Source: a virus
Taxonomy: Duplodnaviria > Heunggongvirae > Uroviricota > Caudoviricetes
DNA length: 42,559 nt
IMG/VR virus record: IMGVR_UViG_2872698443_000008
Strand: one strand, 5' to 3'
Shown: positions 9,424 through 20,337 of the stretch, piece by piece
Layout of the letters: every line of letters starts with the position of its first letter
How positions within the stretch are numbered: the stretch's first letter is position 1
Translations under genes and position numbers: made by a program
The notes under the pieces: generated by a model
What the model saw: the letters and a program-made list of their open reading frames with translations, nothing else
Databases searched by the model: none
Told to the model about the DNA's origin: nothing

Positions 9424-9838
9424 GCGTTATCGCACTCCACAGATCATCAAAAGAAATCATTACCGGTCCGTCACGACGCCAGAGAGTGATACTGTTACCC
9501 AGTTCATTAATCCCGGTGCGGCGGATATCCAGATCAATACGGGACACCACACCGTCATCAATCATCCATTGCAGGCATTCGCGGATATACCCCCTTACCG
9601 TCTGCACCAGCTGATTGGTCAGTTTGCCGCGCTGAAGCAGCCACAGCCGGGAGCCGTAACGGTCATTCTGTACCGCAGGCCAGGTATCCCCCCACCATCC
9701 CATCGGGACGTCGGCATTGTCATCAGGCTCCGCCCGCCGCCAGGTAAACAGGGAAATCACCACGGCGCGGGTCAGCGGATCCAGCGGTGCGCTGGCGCAG
9801 GTGCGTTTACCGTTCACCGTCAGCCACAGTTCCATCAT
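9410..9838 (-). CDS. Baseplate wedge protein (GPW/gp25-like, Mu gp46-like)
   Basis: 142 aa; position in the conserved baseplate order. Confidence 0.6.
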   Translation of the reverse strand: MMELWLTVNGKRTCASAPLDPLTRAVVISLFTWRRAEPDDNADVPMGWWGDTWPAVQNDRYGSRLWLLQRGKLTNQLVQTVRGYIRECLQWMIDDGVVSRIDLDIRRTGINELGNSITLWRRDGPVMISFDDLWSAITHGGQ

Positions 9839-10383
9839 GCCTCCATCGCTTTATCCGGTTTGTCGGTGTTACTGCCCTGACCGTTCTCTCTGTGACAATG
9901 GCCGTTATAGGCAAGCCGCATCGCTGACATGGTGGTGCCGCCGGAGTCGCACAGGTCTTTCACCTGTCCGGTCACTTCCAGGTCCATTTCAAAACGTGCT
10001 CTGGGCGCATTGCGAAACGTGATCGTTTTACCTGCACCGTCCACCACGATCCCCTCCCGGGTCAGCGTCACAGACTGCCCCTGATCGTCATAGACAGCCA
10101 CCTCACCCGTCTGCAGCCCTTTCAGGCGGTAGCGCCGGTCCGACACCGTAACAACCACCGCATGAGAACGGTCGCCATCCGGAAACAACACCACCGCTTC
10201 CGCACCGCTGTTTGCCCTTGCGGTAAAACCGTAGGGTTCAAGATGTTCAACCCCGGCTTTGGGTTCACCGGCAATCAGGGACACATCCACGGTCTGACAT
10301 TTCGTGGCGGCACTGATGCTTTTCACCACTGCCCGCCCAATCAGGCCGAGAAGTTGTCGCTGCATGGCTTCAATCGTCCTCAT
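9835..10383 (-). CDS. Baseplate assembly/central spike protein V-like (Mu gp45-like)
   Basis: 182 aa; position and composition. Confidence 0.65.
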   Translation of the reverse strand: MRTIEAMQRQLLGLIGRAVVKSISAATKCQTVDVSLIAGEPKAGVEHLEPYGFTARANSGAEAVVLFPDGDRSHAVVVTVSDRRYRLKGLQTGEVAVYDDQGQSVTLTREGIVVDGAGKTITFRNAPRARFEMDLEVTGQVKDLCDSGGTTMSAMRLAYNGHCHRENGQGSNTDKPDKAMEA

Positions 10384-11462
10384 CAGAACGGGTCCTCCTG
10401 TACTCTGGCTTTTTTCTTTTTCCGCGCGCCGGGGGCTTCAGGTTCAGGCAGATAAGCATCAGGCGGGCCGACACGGATTTCCGTCAGGGTGCCGTTCTGG
10501 TCCTGAGTAAACGTGACTTCCGAAACAAGCAGTTCGGTATTGTCAAAACCACAGACCGGATCAAAGACAATCACCCGCTGGTTGGGTTGCCACAGCGTAC
10601 CGTTACCCTGTCGCCAGCCCTGCACCACATAGGTGGTTTCATCCGTCCGCGCCGCCCGTTGCCGGGCTTCAAAGTCAGCACGCGCAATACAGCCTGCCCC
10701 CGTAGCCTGCCCTGTCTGCCTGATATACATCGGACGGTAACGGGCAATAAATGCGTCCTCTGTGCGGGCCCGCAGCGCGGTGGTGGTGGCCTCACCGAAA
10801 TCATCGTCGTTTCCGGCACGCTGCCCCGCCACCTGGTAAACAGAAAACCGCTCCCGGATACTCTTCTCCGTATCACAGGAAAGGATGTTTTCCCCAAGTA
10901 CCAGCGCGGTATGTGCCCGCGTTGAGCCAATACCGCCAATCACCAGCCTGCCGTGCGGGTCGTCGTAAGCCAGCGCCTGCTGCTGACCGAGTATTTTGTT
11001 GATTACCTCAATCACCGTTTCACCGTGATCAGGCTGAACATCAGGAATAACACCCGACGGCGCACCGCTGTTCACCACCTCAATACCGAAAGGCGCAGCA
11101 AGCGCCTGCGCAATCTGCACCAGCGAGCGTCCGTTAAACTGTGTCGGTTCGGCTGCACAGTCAATCAGGTCAGCCGTCAGACTACGTCCGGCAATACCGG
11201 TGCTGACCGAACGGGCATCGTACCGAACGGGCGTCGCCTCCACCCAGCCGGTGATCACCAGCTCATCACCAATCAGCACTTCCACTTTTGAACCGTTTTT
11301 AATGCGCGGCTGAAGCGTGGTGATACCCTCATCTCCCGGCCACTGGCGAGTGATCTCCACACTGAAATCCCGCGCCAGCCGTTCAATACCGGCACCGATG
11401 CGCACCGATGTCCAGCCATTCCACTCCCGGCCATTTACCCGTAGCGTGACGTTATCGTTCAT
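10383..11462 (-). CDS. Tail/baseplate hub protein (Mu P-like, P2 gpD-like)
   Basis: 359 aa, N-terminus MNDNVTLRVNGREWNGWTSVRIG...; gene order. Confidence 0.7.
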   Translation of the reverse strand: MNDNVTLRVNGREWNGWTSVRIGAGIERLARDFSVEITRQWPGDEGITTLQPRIKNGSKVEVLIGDELVITGWVEATPVRYDARSVSTGIAGRSLTADLIDCAAEPTQFNGRSLVQIAQALAAPFGIEVVNSGAPSGVIPDVQPDHGETVIEVINKILGQQQALAYDDPHGRLVIGGIGSTRAHTALVLGENILSCDTEKSIRERFSVYQVAGQRAGNDDDFGEATTTALRARTEDAFIARYRPMYIRQTGQATGAGCIARADFEARQRAARTDETTYVVQGWRQGNGTLWQPNQRVIVFDPVCGFDNTELLVSEVTFTQDQNGTLTEIRVGPPDAYLPEPEAPGARKKKKARVQEDPF

Positions 11463-12829
11463 TGCACTGGCACCTTCAGAGGGATCACCGGCACAAAGCC
11501 GGGATGCGTAATGGCATTACGCCGGATAATGTCCGCGTCACGCGCCGCGTTATCAAACCAGGTCGCCGCCAGCACCAGCGCGGGTAAAACCTCATCCGGC
11601 GTGCGCTGAATGATCCGTGCAGACTGTTCAAGGCGCGTGTTGATATCCGCATTCAGATCTGCTTTCACCCGGCGCAGCGCCAGAAACAGCGCATCACTGG
11701 TTGTACGGGACAACTCCTTATCAATTGCCGTATTCAGTGTGTCGCGAATGTCAGTCAGTTCTTCCCACGTCGGCAGGTCAACTGTGTTTTTCACCGCCGG
11801 TGCATTGTTCAGTGCCGGATGCGTGACGGAAGGCCAGCCAGTGCTCTGCGCAGGTGTTGTTGCCTGCCCCACTGCGGCATTCTGCATCACCGCGGAAGTT
11901 GTTGGCGTAGGCAATCGGGTGACGGCATACGCCGCTTCGCTGATTGCGGTCGTACGAAGGGTGCTGGCAACCACGTTACGCTGCTGCGTAGCCGTGGCGG
12001 TGGTTTTACTGTCCGTTTTCCAGACGCCGCGCGGTTGCAGATCGCTGCCGAGGCTGACACCGGAAAGCGTTTTGATCATGGTGACCAGGTCGCTGGCGTT
12101 ACCATAAAGGCGTTTCCCGGTACGCCACATTTTCTGCACCTGCTCAACGAAATTTTTGCCTGACGATGGCGGCGGCAGAAGTACCGAGATATCCCCCTGC
12201 AACAGCCTGGCGGCATCCGATACGGCAGAATCCACCACTTTCATCGCATCAGAAACATACCCAAGCATTGTGCTGGCATTACCGACGACGTCGTTCTGCA
12301 CAAAATCTGCCACGCCATCGATACTGAAACTACTGAAACTGTCACTGATGCAGTCATCCAGTGCAGAACAGGATGACATCAGCGTCTGCGCCGTCGCCGC
12401 ACCTGATGTGGGGTAAGAGAGTTCTCCCGCTTCGACAAACTTCAGGTCAAAGCGGACAATACGCCCTTCACTCTTCGATGTGCTGACCCGAACCTCTCCG
12501 TCAACACAGACTTTCAGCTCACCGTAAGTCGGATGGACAAGCGTGCCGGGACCGGGTTTATTCAGCGCGTCAATCAGGCGATCGCGCTGGTCAAAGCAGT
12601 CATCTCCCACCACATAAGCCGTGATGGACGGGCGGAAAGTGATTTTCCCCAGGTCTTCGGTATAGGGTTTGTCGCGGTTCGGGTATTCGTGCGTTTCCAC
12701 ACGACGACCGGTTCCCGCACTTTCTTCTTCAACCTTAAACGGCACACCGCGAAATGACGCGTCCTGAAGTCTGTCTTTCCACGTCATATAAACTCCGTAC
12801 ATAAAAAATCCCACCGGAGTGGGACTCAT
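11459..12829 (-). CDS. DNA circularisation protein N-like (Mu gp43-like)
   Basis: 456 aa, N-terminus ...MTWKDRLQDASFRGVPFKVEEE...; sits between tape measure and baseplate hub. Confidence 0.75.
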   Translation of the reverse strand: MSPTPVGFFMYGVYMTWKDRLQDASFRGVPFKVEEESAGTGRRVETHEYPNRDKPYTEDLGKITFRPSITAYVVGDDCFDQRDRLIDALNKPGPGTLVHPTYGELKVCVDGEVRVSTSKSEGRIVRFDLKFVEAGELSYPTSGAATAQTLMSSCSALDDCISDSFSSFSIDGVADFVQNDVVGNASTMLGYVSDAMKVVDSAVSDAARLLQGDISVLLPPPSSGKNFVEQVQKMWRTGKRLYGNASDLVTMIKTLSGVSLGSDLQPRGVWKTDSKTTATATQQRNVVASTLRTTAISEAAYAVTRLPTPTTSAVMQNAAVGQATTPAQSTGWPSVTHPALNNAPAVKNTVDLPTWEELTDIRDTLNTAIDKELSRTTSDALFLALRRVKADLNADINTRLEQSARIIQRTPDEVLPALVLAATWFDNAARDADIIRRNAITHPGFVPVIPLKVPVQ

Positions 12830-12847
12830 TAACAGATTAATTTTTCA

Positions 12848-14681
12848 TTACCTGCCAAAGCGCGTATAGCCAACATCATGGCTGACATCAAAACCGCTGG
12901 ATCGCGTTTCCATAACCCGCATACCCGGAGGCGAATTCACAAAAGAGACCTTGATCTCACCATCAACTTTTGGCGCAGAAGCTTTGTTAATCATGAAGGG
13001 ATTCAGGCCTGTGGCACCGGAGGCGTTGTTTGACTGAGCCGGATCTACCGCCGGATAAGGTGTGTATCCCCGCGCCGGTATTCCCGTCCCATAAGCATCA
13101 TAAGCACCCGCGCCCCACTGCGCAGAGTTAATGGCATCGACCGTGTCACCGGAACTGTCGGTAAACCACTCAATAATTGGCTTCAGCTTGTCCCACATAT
13201 CCTGAAACCACTTAACAACCGGTCCCCAGTTATTGATCACCATCCCCAGCGGCGACCAGGCAAAAACCTTCTTAAGAAGTTCCCAGCCAGTCTCAAAATA
13301 AGGACCAATGGTTTCCCAGAGTTTCTTAAAATAAGGTCCGACAACATCCCAGTTAGTGATAATTAATCCCGCAGCGAGGGCTATCGCCGTCGCAATCATG
13401 CCAATCGGCGTCATCGACATGATCCTGCTGACAATACTGATGGCACCGCCAACGCCCATCAATCCCAGTTTCAGAATCGCAAGACCGGCAGCAAGCCCGA
13501 CGACGCCGCGAATAACCCGGGGATTTTCATCCGCAAACTTCGTGAATTTTTCCCCTAACTCCCCAGCCATTGCGTGATATTTTTAGCGTCACCAGAAAAT
13601 GCGCCGCCAATAGCCGCAAGGCCGTTAGTTGCGGTCCCCGTCATTGCCTCCCACAGGTTGGACAGCGTACCAAGCTGAGCCTGAACACGTTTATTCAGGC
13701 TGGCCTGTTTATTCATCTTCTGCTGGATCTGATCGTAGCCATCCTTTCCTTTATCGATCAGCGCATTGACCACCTGAAGGGTTTCGGCATCATCACCAAA
13801 TATTGCCTTAAGTACACCGGTTCGCTTAACGTCGGTCAGTTTTCGCAGCTTTGCCAGTTGCCTGAACATGTTATCAAGACCGCCAAAACTCCCTTTGCCA
13901 TCAGTAAAATCGAGCTGTACCCCGAGTTTCTGGCGGGCCATGATTTTATTGACGTCCCTGATTTTCTTAACGCTTAATCCGGACTGGATAACTTTTCGCA
14001 GGGCATTACCTGCCGACTCCCCGTTCATCCCCATCTGATCCATCATGACACTGATGGGGCAAGACTCTGTGCAGCCTGAAGACCGTCCTTATTCACCATT
14101 TTCAGAACAGAACTGGTTTTAGTGAAGAAGGACAACATGTTGGTATCATCAACGCCCAGATAAAACGCCTTCTGGATAGTGTCGAACAGCCCCATCATGT
14201 CTTCTGACGCCGTTCCGGTAGCATCCTGCATCTTTGCAGCAAACTCAGCAGCCGCTTCCGGTGTTTTTTTCAGTTGTACCGCAAGATAAGCTGTCGCTTT
14301 ACCCACACCACCAAGAATGTTTTCTGCCGGGATCCCCTGACGCACCAGCATCTGCATCATGTTCTGGAAATCAGCCGTTGTACCGGGTAGCTGGTTACCC
14401 AGGCCAATAGCCAGTTTATTGATGTCCTGAAAGCTCTTTCCAACCTCGCCGTTCGCATCCATCATGGCGACTTTCAGCCCGGTGGCGGCGTTTTCCTGAT
14501 CGGCATAAGATTTCAGGGAAAGCGTCAGACCCGCTGCCAGTCCGCCACCAAGCGCCAGCCCACCCTGTGACGCTTCTTCCGCCTGGCGTTTAAATCCCCG
14601 GATTTTCTTTTGCATTTTCGACAGCGCGGGAGAAAGCCTGTCGACACCGGTGATCAACGCCTTAAGCTCAAATTCAGCCAT
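12848..14681 (-). pseudogene. Tail tape measure region split into three consecutive overlapping ORFs (212+163+240 aa)
   Basis: ORFs 14043-14681, 13555-14046, 12848-13570 overlap by 4 and 16 nt. Tape-measure-like composition (Ala/Gly-rich, C-terminal hydrophobic stretch). Either frameshifted or genuinely split. Confidence 0.55.
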
Positions 14682-15092
14682 GTGTGCGTTTCTCCTGCTC
14701 TATCCTGTTTGCCTGACTGACCAGCAAGGGAATTTCACTGATCGGCATATTCAGCAATTCGAAGGGATTAATGCGCCAGTAACTGGCGCAGTCAAAGAAG
14801 CGATCAGTGAGGTATTCAGCCGTCAGGCCTGGAGGAAAAAACCGGCCACAAGCCACGCCGCTGCATTCAGGTCTGCCGGAGACATCTGGTCGACAGAGCT
14901 TTGCGGCACTTTCGCCAGCCGCACGATGTATTTCGATACCACATGCGCCAGAAGTCTGACGGACTCATCCTGATTCATCTGGTAGGGATATCCCAGCTCG
15001 CGGACATCTTTCCCGGTGGGCTCATCAAACTCCAGTACGGAGAGTGTCTCGCCATGAGCGGTAATCGGTTTCTTTAACTCAAGCTCTTTCAT
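14674..15092 (-). CDS. Tail assembly chaperone pair (two overlapping frames, possible programmed frameshift)
   Basis: ORFs 14823-15092 (89 aa) and 14674-14856 (60 aa) overlap directly upstream of the tape measure, as for G/GT-type chaperones. Confidence 0.55.
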
Positions 15093-15447
15093 TACTGGTA
15101 ATCCCCTTCTTCACCGTGGAACTCAAGATCGACCGTGCCTTCTTCGGCATTATGGTTCGCTTCGCCGTGCAGCCAGGCAGACGACAGTACATAGACCTGA
15201 CCGTTTGCCAGCTCGGCAGTGATGGTCATCTCATCAGACGAGGTGATTTTGCTCACCGGAAAATTCTTCGGCACCTTGAAGGTCCCTTTGACATAAGGCG
15301 CACGGTGAGTTTCCTTGCGGTCCACTGAACCGTCCAGGCCGATGATGTCATCATTGACCGTCCTGTTCATGGCACCTCAATGCCGCCGGTCAGCGATAGC
15401 TGCTGACCGTCAATTTTGAAATAACAGGTTCCCCCGATACGGGCCAT
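15092..15447 (-). pseudogene. Tail tube protein with a frame break after about 25 codons
   Basis: ATG at 15447 gives MARIGGTCYFKIDGQQLSLTGGIEVP then TGA; the rest of the tube (NRTVNDDIIGLDG...) continues in another frame as ORF 15092-15370. Confidence 0.6.
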
Positions 15448-16940
15448 TATGCAGACTCCTCTGAATACTGAAGACGGAACTGGTTAACCACGGCAAAGAC
15501 ACGCAACTGGTTAACATAGTCAGGCGGGAACAGCGTGTTCAGGCGGTTCGGATCGCTGGCATCACGCTCCACAACCAGGTACTGCTTAAACAGTTCGTAG
15601 TTTTCCACGATCCCCCGCACGCTCAAGCTGACGGTAGGTTGCCAGCAGTTCCCCTTTGATCACCGCCGGTGTGACAATCGCCTGACCGGGACCAAAGCGG
15701 GTACCGTCGCTGGCAAGCTTGTGACGCCCGTACTTACTGGTAATGACGGATTTCAGTTTGCGCAGCACATACGCGCTGGTATGCAGCGTCTCGCTGTCGA
15801 GGTAGCTGTTATCCGCAACACCGTAAGCGTTTTTTCCTGTACGTGGTGACATCACGCTGAATGCGCAGCACCCCGCTTTCGACATACGCCGTTGCCACGC
15901 CATGAGACAGCAGGGTCTGTTGTTCGGTCATCGTGAACCGTTTCCCCTTCGGCGCAGGCAGCATACCCACCAGCTCACCGGTCTGCGTGGGACGTGCCGG
16001 ATCGTTGCGAATAAACACCGCTGCGCGGGCGGTACGGCTTGCCGCCAGCTCGTCGGCAGGCGTCTGGGTCTCTTTTTCGTATCCCGCCAGGGTAATGTGC
16101 TGCTGGTTAAACTGGTCACCTGCGTTCACCAGTTCTGACAGCGTGCCGATCTTTGCCGTATACACATGACCATACAGCTGACGCGCATAGCTCCAGCGAC
16201 CGCTGGTATCGTTCATCTCTGTCACCAGCGTGTTAACGGAGGCCGTGTCGTTGAACGGCAGGCCAATATAATCAAACGGCTCATCCGCCATTGCAGCCAC
16301 CGCGCCGGTGAGAACCGGAGCGCCCGTTCCGGCGCTCCCCGTCGCCACAGCAATCTGTACGCCGCTGGCAGCACTTCGCCCCCACCAAAGCCGTAGTAAT
16401 TGAGGCTGACAGGAATTTCATTCCCGCAAAGCCCTTATGACGCGCGGTCAGCGTGACCACGCCTGCCGAAGATGAGGCCGTAAACGCAGGGCCGGAACGG
16501 CATTAATGGCATCTTTGATACTGCTGGCAATCGTCGTGACGTTATCGCGTTGGTTCACCGGTGCCTGCACGCGGGTACGTCCCACATAAACATTCACCGT
16601 GCCGGTTTCGTTGCCGCCCCGGTCACCGTCAGCGTAACCGTTGCCGCCGCGCCCGTGGATTCAGGAACGGCAATTACATACAGTTCACCAAACGGGTCGG
16701 TCTGGCGATAAGCCTCGACCATACGCGCCAGCTGACTTCCCGCACCACAAATCTGGCGTGCATAGTCTGCGATGGCATCAGCACCAGACTGTTGGCAACA
16801 ATCTCTGCACCGTTATTGGCATGACCAATCAGCAGCGATGCTCCGCTGTCCTGTGCAGTATTCGCCGCCGAGTTATCCATTTCCGCATAAAAAATCGGAA
16901 CCAGCGTATTCGACGGAATGGTGTTAAAGCTTATCGTCAT
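15447..16940 (-). pseudogene. Tail sheath gene fragmented by several frameshifts
   Basis: N-terminus MTISFNTIPSNTLVPIFYAEMDNS at 16940. Further sheath-like pieces in ORFs 15809-16348 and 15586-15903. C-terminal frame ...IVENYELFKQYLVVERDASDPNRL... reached only after a shift at a poly-G run; stop overlaps the tube ATG. Confidence 0.6.
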
Positions 16941-17830
16941 CGGTATTCACCTTTTTATTCACGCGCCGGATATCACCGCTGCTTCACGGCGCAGCCAGTA
17001 GTTGTTCTCATCAACATTTCGCCCCTCGGCGGCAAAAGGTCGCCGCGGGCAGGGTCAGGAACTGACCGCCTTTAACAGGTTTCACAAACATGAAGATTCT
17101 CAGGAAGGAAGGGTTATTTCGGTGTGATGTTCGATATCGCCGTCAGGCCGTTACCGGATCGAGATAATCAACATCAATCGCCAGCGTTCGCAGTTCATCA
17201 GACTGTTCAGGTCATCCTGCTGGCGGGTATCGTCTTCGGTCAGCTCGCTGATGACCGAAAAATCGAACTGATAAATCAGCTCATGACGATTCAGATCCAG
17301 CAGCGTGCCGCCGTCATAAGTAATCGGGTTACCGCACGCTTCCGGGTTCCAGCCCAGCATGGCCTTAAAGAGCATCTGCGGACATCGTCCACCACATCAT
17401 ACGAGCAAACTGACCGCGCTCATCACGCCCGTTACTCAGTATGACAACCACGGAGAAGCCCTCTTTCAGCTCCTGCCAGTAGTCGGTCTGGCTTTTGTTT
17501 TCTCCCCGGAGAATCATCACCCGTGTCACAACCATATGCCGCCGGGAGTTTCAGCTTTCCGACCTCCGGCAGATTTTTGAACTGGGCCGCGCCTGCAACC
17601 CGGTTTTCAAAATACGGACAACGGCACGCAGGCAGTGCAGCAATAACAGGCGTCAGTTTCATCTGTGTCGTCGCTCCGGCTTCAGTGATTTACGCAATTC
17701 CCGCGCCCAATAGCCGTCCAGCTGCGGTTCTTTTCAAGCGTTTCCACCATGAAGTTATTACGTGGAGCCAGTCGCCAGCCGCTGCCACCGGATGCACCAC
17801 GATGATGGCTGCGACGACGCTTTGCCCCTC
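16941..17830 (-). pseudogene. Tail completion / virion protein gene(s), fragmented
   Basis: Only short ORFs (17432-17662, 17151-17375) of coding character between the HK97 gp10-like gene and the sheath; no intact gene fills the interval. Confidence 0.35.
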
Positions 17831-17833
17831 GCC

Positions 17834-18172
17834 TCACGCCATAGAACAAAAAAGCCGGATAAAAATCACCGGTGATACGGCGGTTTCCCTCTCCATTACG
17901 CTGGTTAGGGCTATACGTGCCATAAAACCAGGGCGATGTTTACTGGCTCTGGGTACCATATACCCAATCGAACGTGCCAGGCGTCCGGTCTGATAACCGG
18001 GGTTTTCACCCGGTGCCGACCGCGCACGGCGCATCACCAGCCGACGGGCATCACGCATATGACGCTGACCAATCGTGACAAACGCCCGCCGGACACGGGC
18101 GCGGTTAAAGCGCATCTCCGCGGGCTGCTGAAAATCAACGTGCAAAAAGGAAGTCGTCATTGTTGCCTCCAT
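17834..18172 (-). CDS. Tail-component protein (HK97 gp10-like)
   Basis: 112 aa; position after head closure gene. Confidence 0.55.
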   Translation of the reverse strand: MEATMTTSFLHVDFQQPAEMRFNRARVRRAFVTIGQRHMRDARRLVMRRARSAPGENPGYQTGRLARSIGYMVPRASKHRPGFMARIALTSVMERETAVSPVIFIRLFCSMA

Positions 18173-18545
18173 GACTCTGCCTATATTCGCCCAGCTCCGT
18201 ACACTCCAGCAGCAGAAAGCGCCGCGCCCCGTTCAGATCGCGCTGACGTTTCACCCGGTACACACTGTCATCACAGACCACCTCATAATCAGCAGTGATC
18301 CCCCGGCGGTAGCGAATGGTGATGTAATGGGTGATGGCGTCCCCGGTCTGCGCGGTTTCCTGCCAGGTGGTGGCACTGGTCTGGATAACCTTCGCCCATG
18401 TCCGGAACGTAACCGGGTATTGAGACTCCACACCAAAGTTATCCGCGGGCATATCCACCCGCTGGCGGATCAGGACGCGTTTATTCAGTTCACCGGGGTC
18501 CGGCAGAATGTAGGTTGCGCTGGTCTGCGCCTGACGAATTTTCAT
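18135..18545 (-). CDS. Head closure / head-tail adaptor protein
   Basis: 136 aa; position after gp6-like connector. Confidence 0.6.
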   Translation of the reverse strand: MKIRQAQTSATYILPDPGELNKRVLIRQRVDMPADNFGVESQYPVTFRTWAKVIQTSATTWQETAQTGDAITHYITIRYRRGITADYEVVCDDSVYRVKRQRDLNGARRFLLLECTELGEYRQSHGGNNDDFLFAR

Positions 18546-18865
18546 TGCGGAAAGTACCTGTACGGGCCGACAAGCCAGCCAAAACTCTGCGGCATGTCGA
18601 GTTTCTCCACTTCCGTAACCGACGAGCGGTTTTCGTAAAAATGGCTGATAAGCATCAGCATCCCCAGGCGAATATCATCCGGCAGGTGCAGCCCGTCTGG
18701 ATCGCTATCCGGAATGGTTTCATCCGGTGCATAGAGCTTCCGGTTCAGATACGTTTCCGTCCGCTTTTGCGCCGCACAGGCCAGCAGTTGCAGATGGCGG
18801 TCATCAGCATCGAAATCCTCATCCAGCCGGAGTTGGGCTTTAATCTCTTCCATTGTCAGAAGCAT
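18542..18865 (-). CDS. Head-tail connector protein (gp6-like)
   Basis: 107 aa, MLLTMEEIKAQLRLDEDFDADD...; gene order. Confidence 0.6.
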   Translation of the reverse strand: MLLTMEEIKAQLRLDEDFDADDRHLQLLACAAQKRTETYLNRKLYAPDETIPDSDPDGLHLPDDIRLGMLMLISHFYENRSSVTEVEKLDMPQSFGWLVGPYRYFPQ

Positions 18866-18867
18866 AC

Positions 18868-19068
18868 TCAGCCCTCTTTACTGGTCGTGGCTTTTTTCTC
18901 TTTTGCCGCTTTACTGCTTTTTGCACTGATTCCGCGCTCTGCTAACCCGGCCTGAAGTGCAATCTCCTGCACCCGGGCAGGAAGCGCCCCGTCGTCATAC
19001 TCACCGGCCCGAATGACCTCAACACGCATACCGTCCGGTGACCATTTCAGATCTTGTTTCAGGATCAT
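18868..19068 (-). CDS. Small hypothetical virion-module protein
   Basis: 66 aa ORF with upstream GGGTGAAG spacing to ATG, between capsid and connector genes. Confidence 0.4.
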   Translation of the reverse strand: MILKQDLKWSPDGMRVEVIRAGEYDDGALPARVQEIALQAGLAERGISAKSSKAAKEKKATTSKEG

Positions 19069-19075
19069 GATTCTT

Positions 19076-19095
19076 CACCCGTCAGAACAGGGGGC
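19076..19095 (-). terminator. Strong GC hairpin immediately downstream of the major capsid gene
   Basis: GGGGCGCGG-TT/AA-CCGCGCCCC, perfect 9-bp stem; no clean U-tract, so likely a partial terminator or RNA stabiliser. Confidence 0.4.
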
Positions 19096-19117
19096 GCGGT
19101 TCCGCGCCCCTGAGTGA

Positions 19118-20323
19118 TTACGCCGCTGCAATCTTCAGCAGTTTGATGGCCTGCGAATCGACCAGCATCCCGCCGGTGCGCTTGGTGGTATAAAAACCGA
19201 CAAACGGTTTATTGGTGTACGGGTCACGCAGAATGCGGGTGCCGATACGGTCAACGATGGTGTAACCCCGTTTGAAGTTACCAAATGCAATGGCTTTCGC
19301 ATCAGCGGCGATATCCGGCATCTGTTCGTTTTCAGCGATACCGTAACCCGCCAGAGAGGACGGCTGCCCCAGCTCCAGCCCCGGACGCCACAGATAGTTA
19401 CCCTCGCTGTCTTTCAGCAGACGGATGGCAAACAGGCTATTGTTGTTCATCATGAACTTCGCGCCGGTGCGGTGTGCCTTACGCAGCGTGTAAATCAGTT
19501 TGATAATGGCGTCTGCGGTCACCGCCGTCGCGTCGCCGGATACAATATGCTGAAGTTTGCCGAACGCCCGGACCTTATCGGTTTCATCCGTGGATTCATA
19601 CGCCAGGAACCCTTTCGGCTTCTTGGTACCATCGCCGGTGGTAAAGGCAATTTCTTCCTGTTCGGCAAATTCGGTTGCCAGCTCGCTGTTGATCCATGCT
19701 TCCACGTTGAAAAAGGCATCATCCAGCATTTTCTGGGTGGCCTGCGGGTTACCGTAGATTTCCCCCATGAAAGGTTCAATCAGGCCCAGTTTTGAGGTGG
19801 CAGTCTGGGAGCGCGCGTCAGTCTCGCCAACCCATCCGGAAGCCGTGCCGCCCAGATTCACCAGTTTTTTGTAGTCGGAACCACCAACGGTGATCACCGT
19901 GGCTTCCTGGCGCATCACCACTTCATCTTTCAGCAGGGTGAGAATGTTGCGATCCAGTGCTTCCGGCACGGCATAGCCGCCGTCTTCATCGGTGCCCACC
20001 TGTAATGCCTTGCGCTCCAGATCGCGCAGACCATCTTCACGGCCTTTACGCAGGAAGCCCACAAACGCTTCTTTATGCTCGGTGGCCAGTTTATTTTGCG
20101 CACCACCTGCCGGACGTTTCAGCTCAAGCAGCTCTTTTTCAAGATCGCTTTTGAGGTTTTCCAGCTCGCTGAGTTTCCCGTTCAGGGTTTCCACCTGCCC
20201 GGCAAGCTTGCCTTTTTCCTGCTCAATCGCATCCACGCGCTTGTCGTTCTTTGCTTTGAAGTCGTCAAACTTCTGCTGCAGCTCCTGCGCGACCTGTTCG
20301 ACATCTTTAATATCAACCGCCAT
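19118..20323 (-). CDS. Major capsid protein (HK97 fold)
   Basis: 401 aa, coiled N-terminal delta-domain-like start MAVDIKDVEQVAQELQQKFDDFKAKNDK...; follows prohead protease. Confidence 0.85.
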   Translation of the reverse strand: MAVDIKDVEQVAQELQQKFDDFKAKNDKRVDAIEQEKGKLAGQVETLNGKLSELENLKSDLEKELLELKRPAGGAQNKLATEHKEAFVGFLRKGREDGLRDLERKALQVGTDEDGGYAVPEALDRNILTLLKDEVVMRQEATVITVGGSDYKKLVNLGGTASGWVGETDARSQTATSKLGLIEPFMGEIYGNPQATQKMLDDAFFNVEAWINSELATEFAEQEEIAFTTGDGTKKPKGFLAYESTDETDKVRAFGKLQHIVSGDATAVTADAIIKLIYTLRKAHRTGAKFMMNNNSLFAIRLLKDSEGNYLWRPGLELGQPSSLAGYGIAENEQMPDIAADAKAIAFGNFKRGYTIVDRIGTRILRDPYTNKPFVGFYTTKRTGGMLVDSQAIKLLKIAAA

Positions 20324-20337
20324 CGTATTTCTCCTGA

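Noticed and set aside
17523-17993. Plus-strand ORFs across the structural region (17523-17993, 18171-18638, 19992-20426, 27814-28476 and others)
   Set aside because: All are antisense to well-supported minus-strand phage genes and have low-complexity Arg/Ser/Pro-rich translations typical of reverse-frame artefacts.
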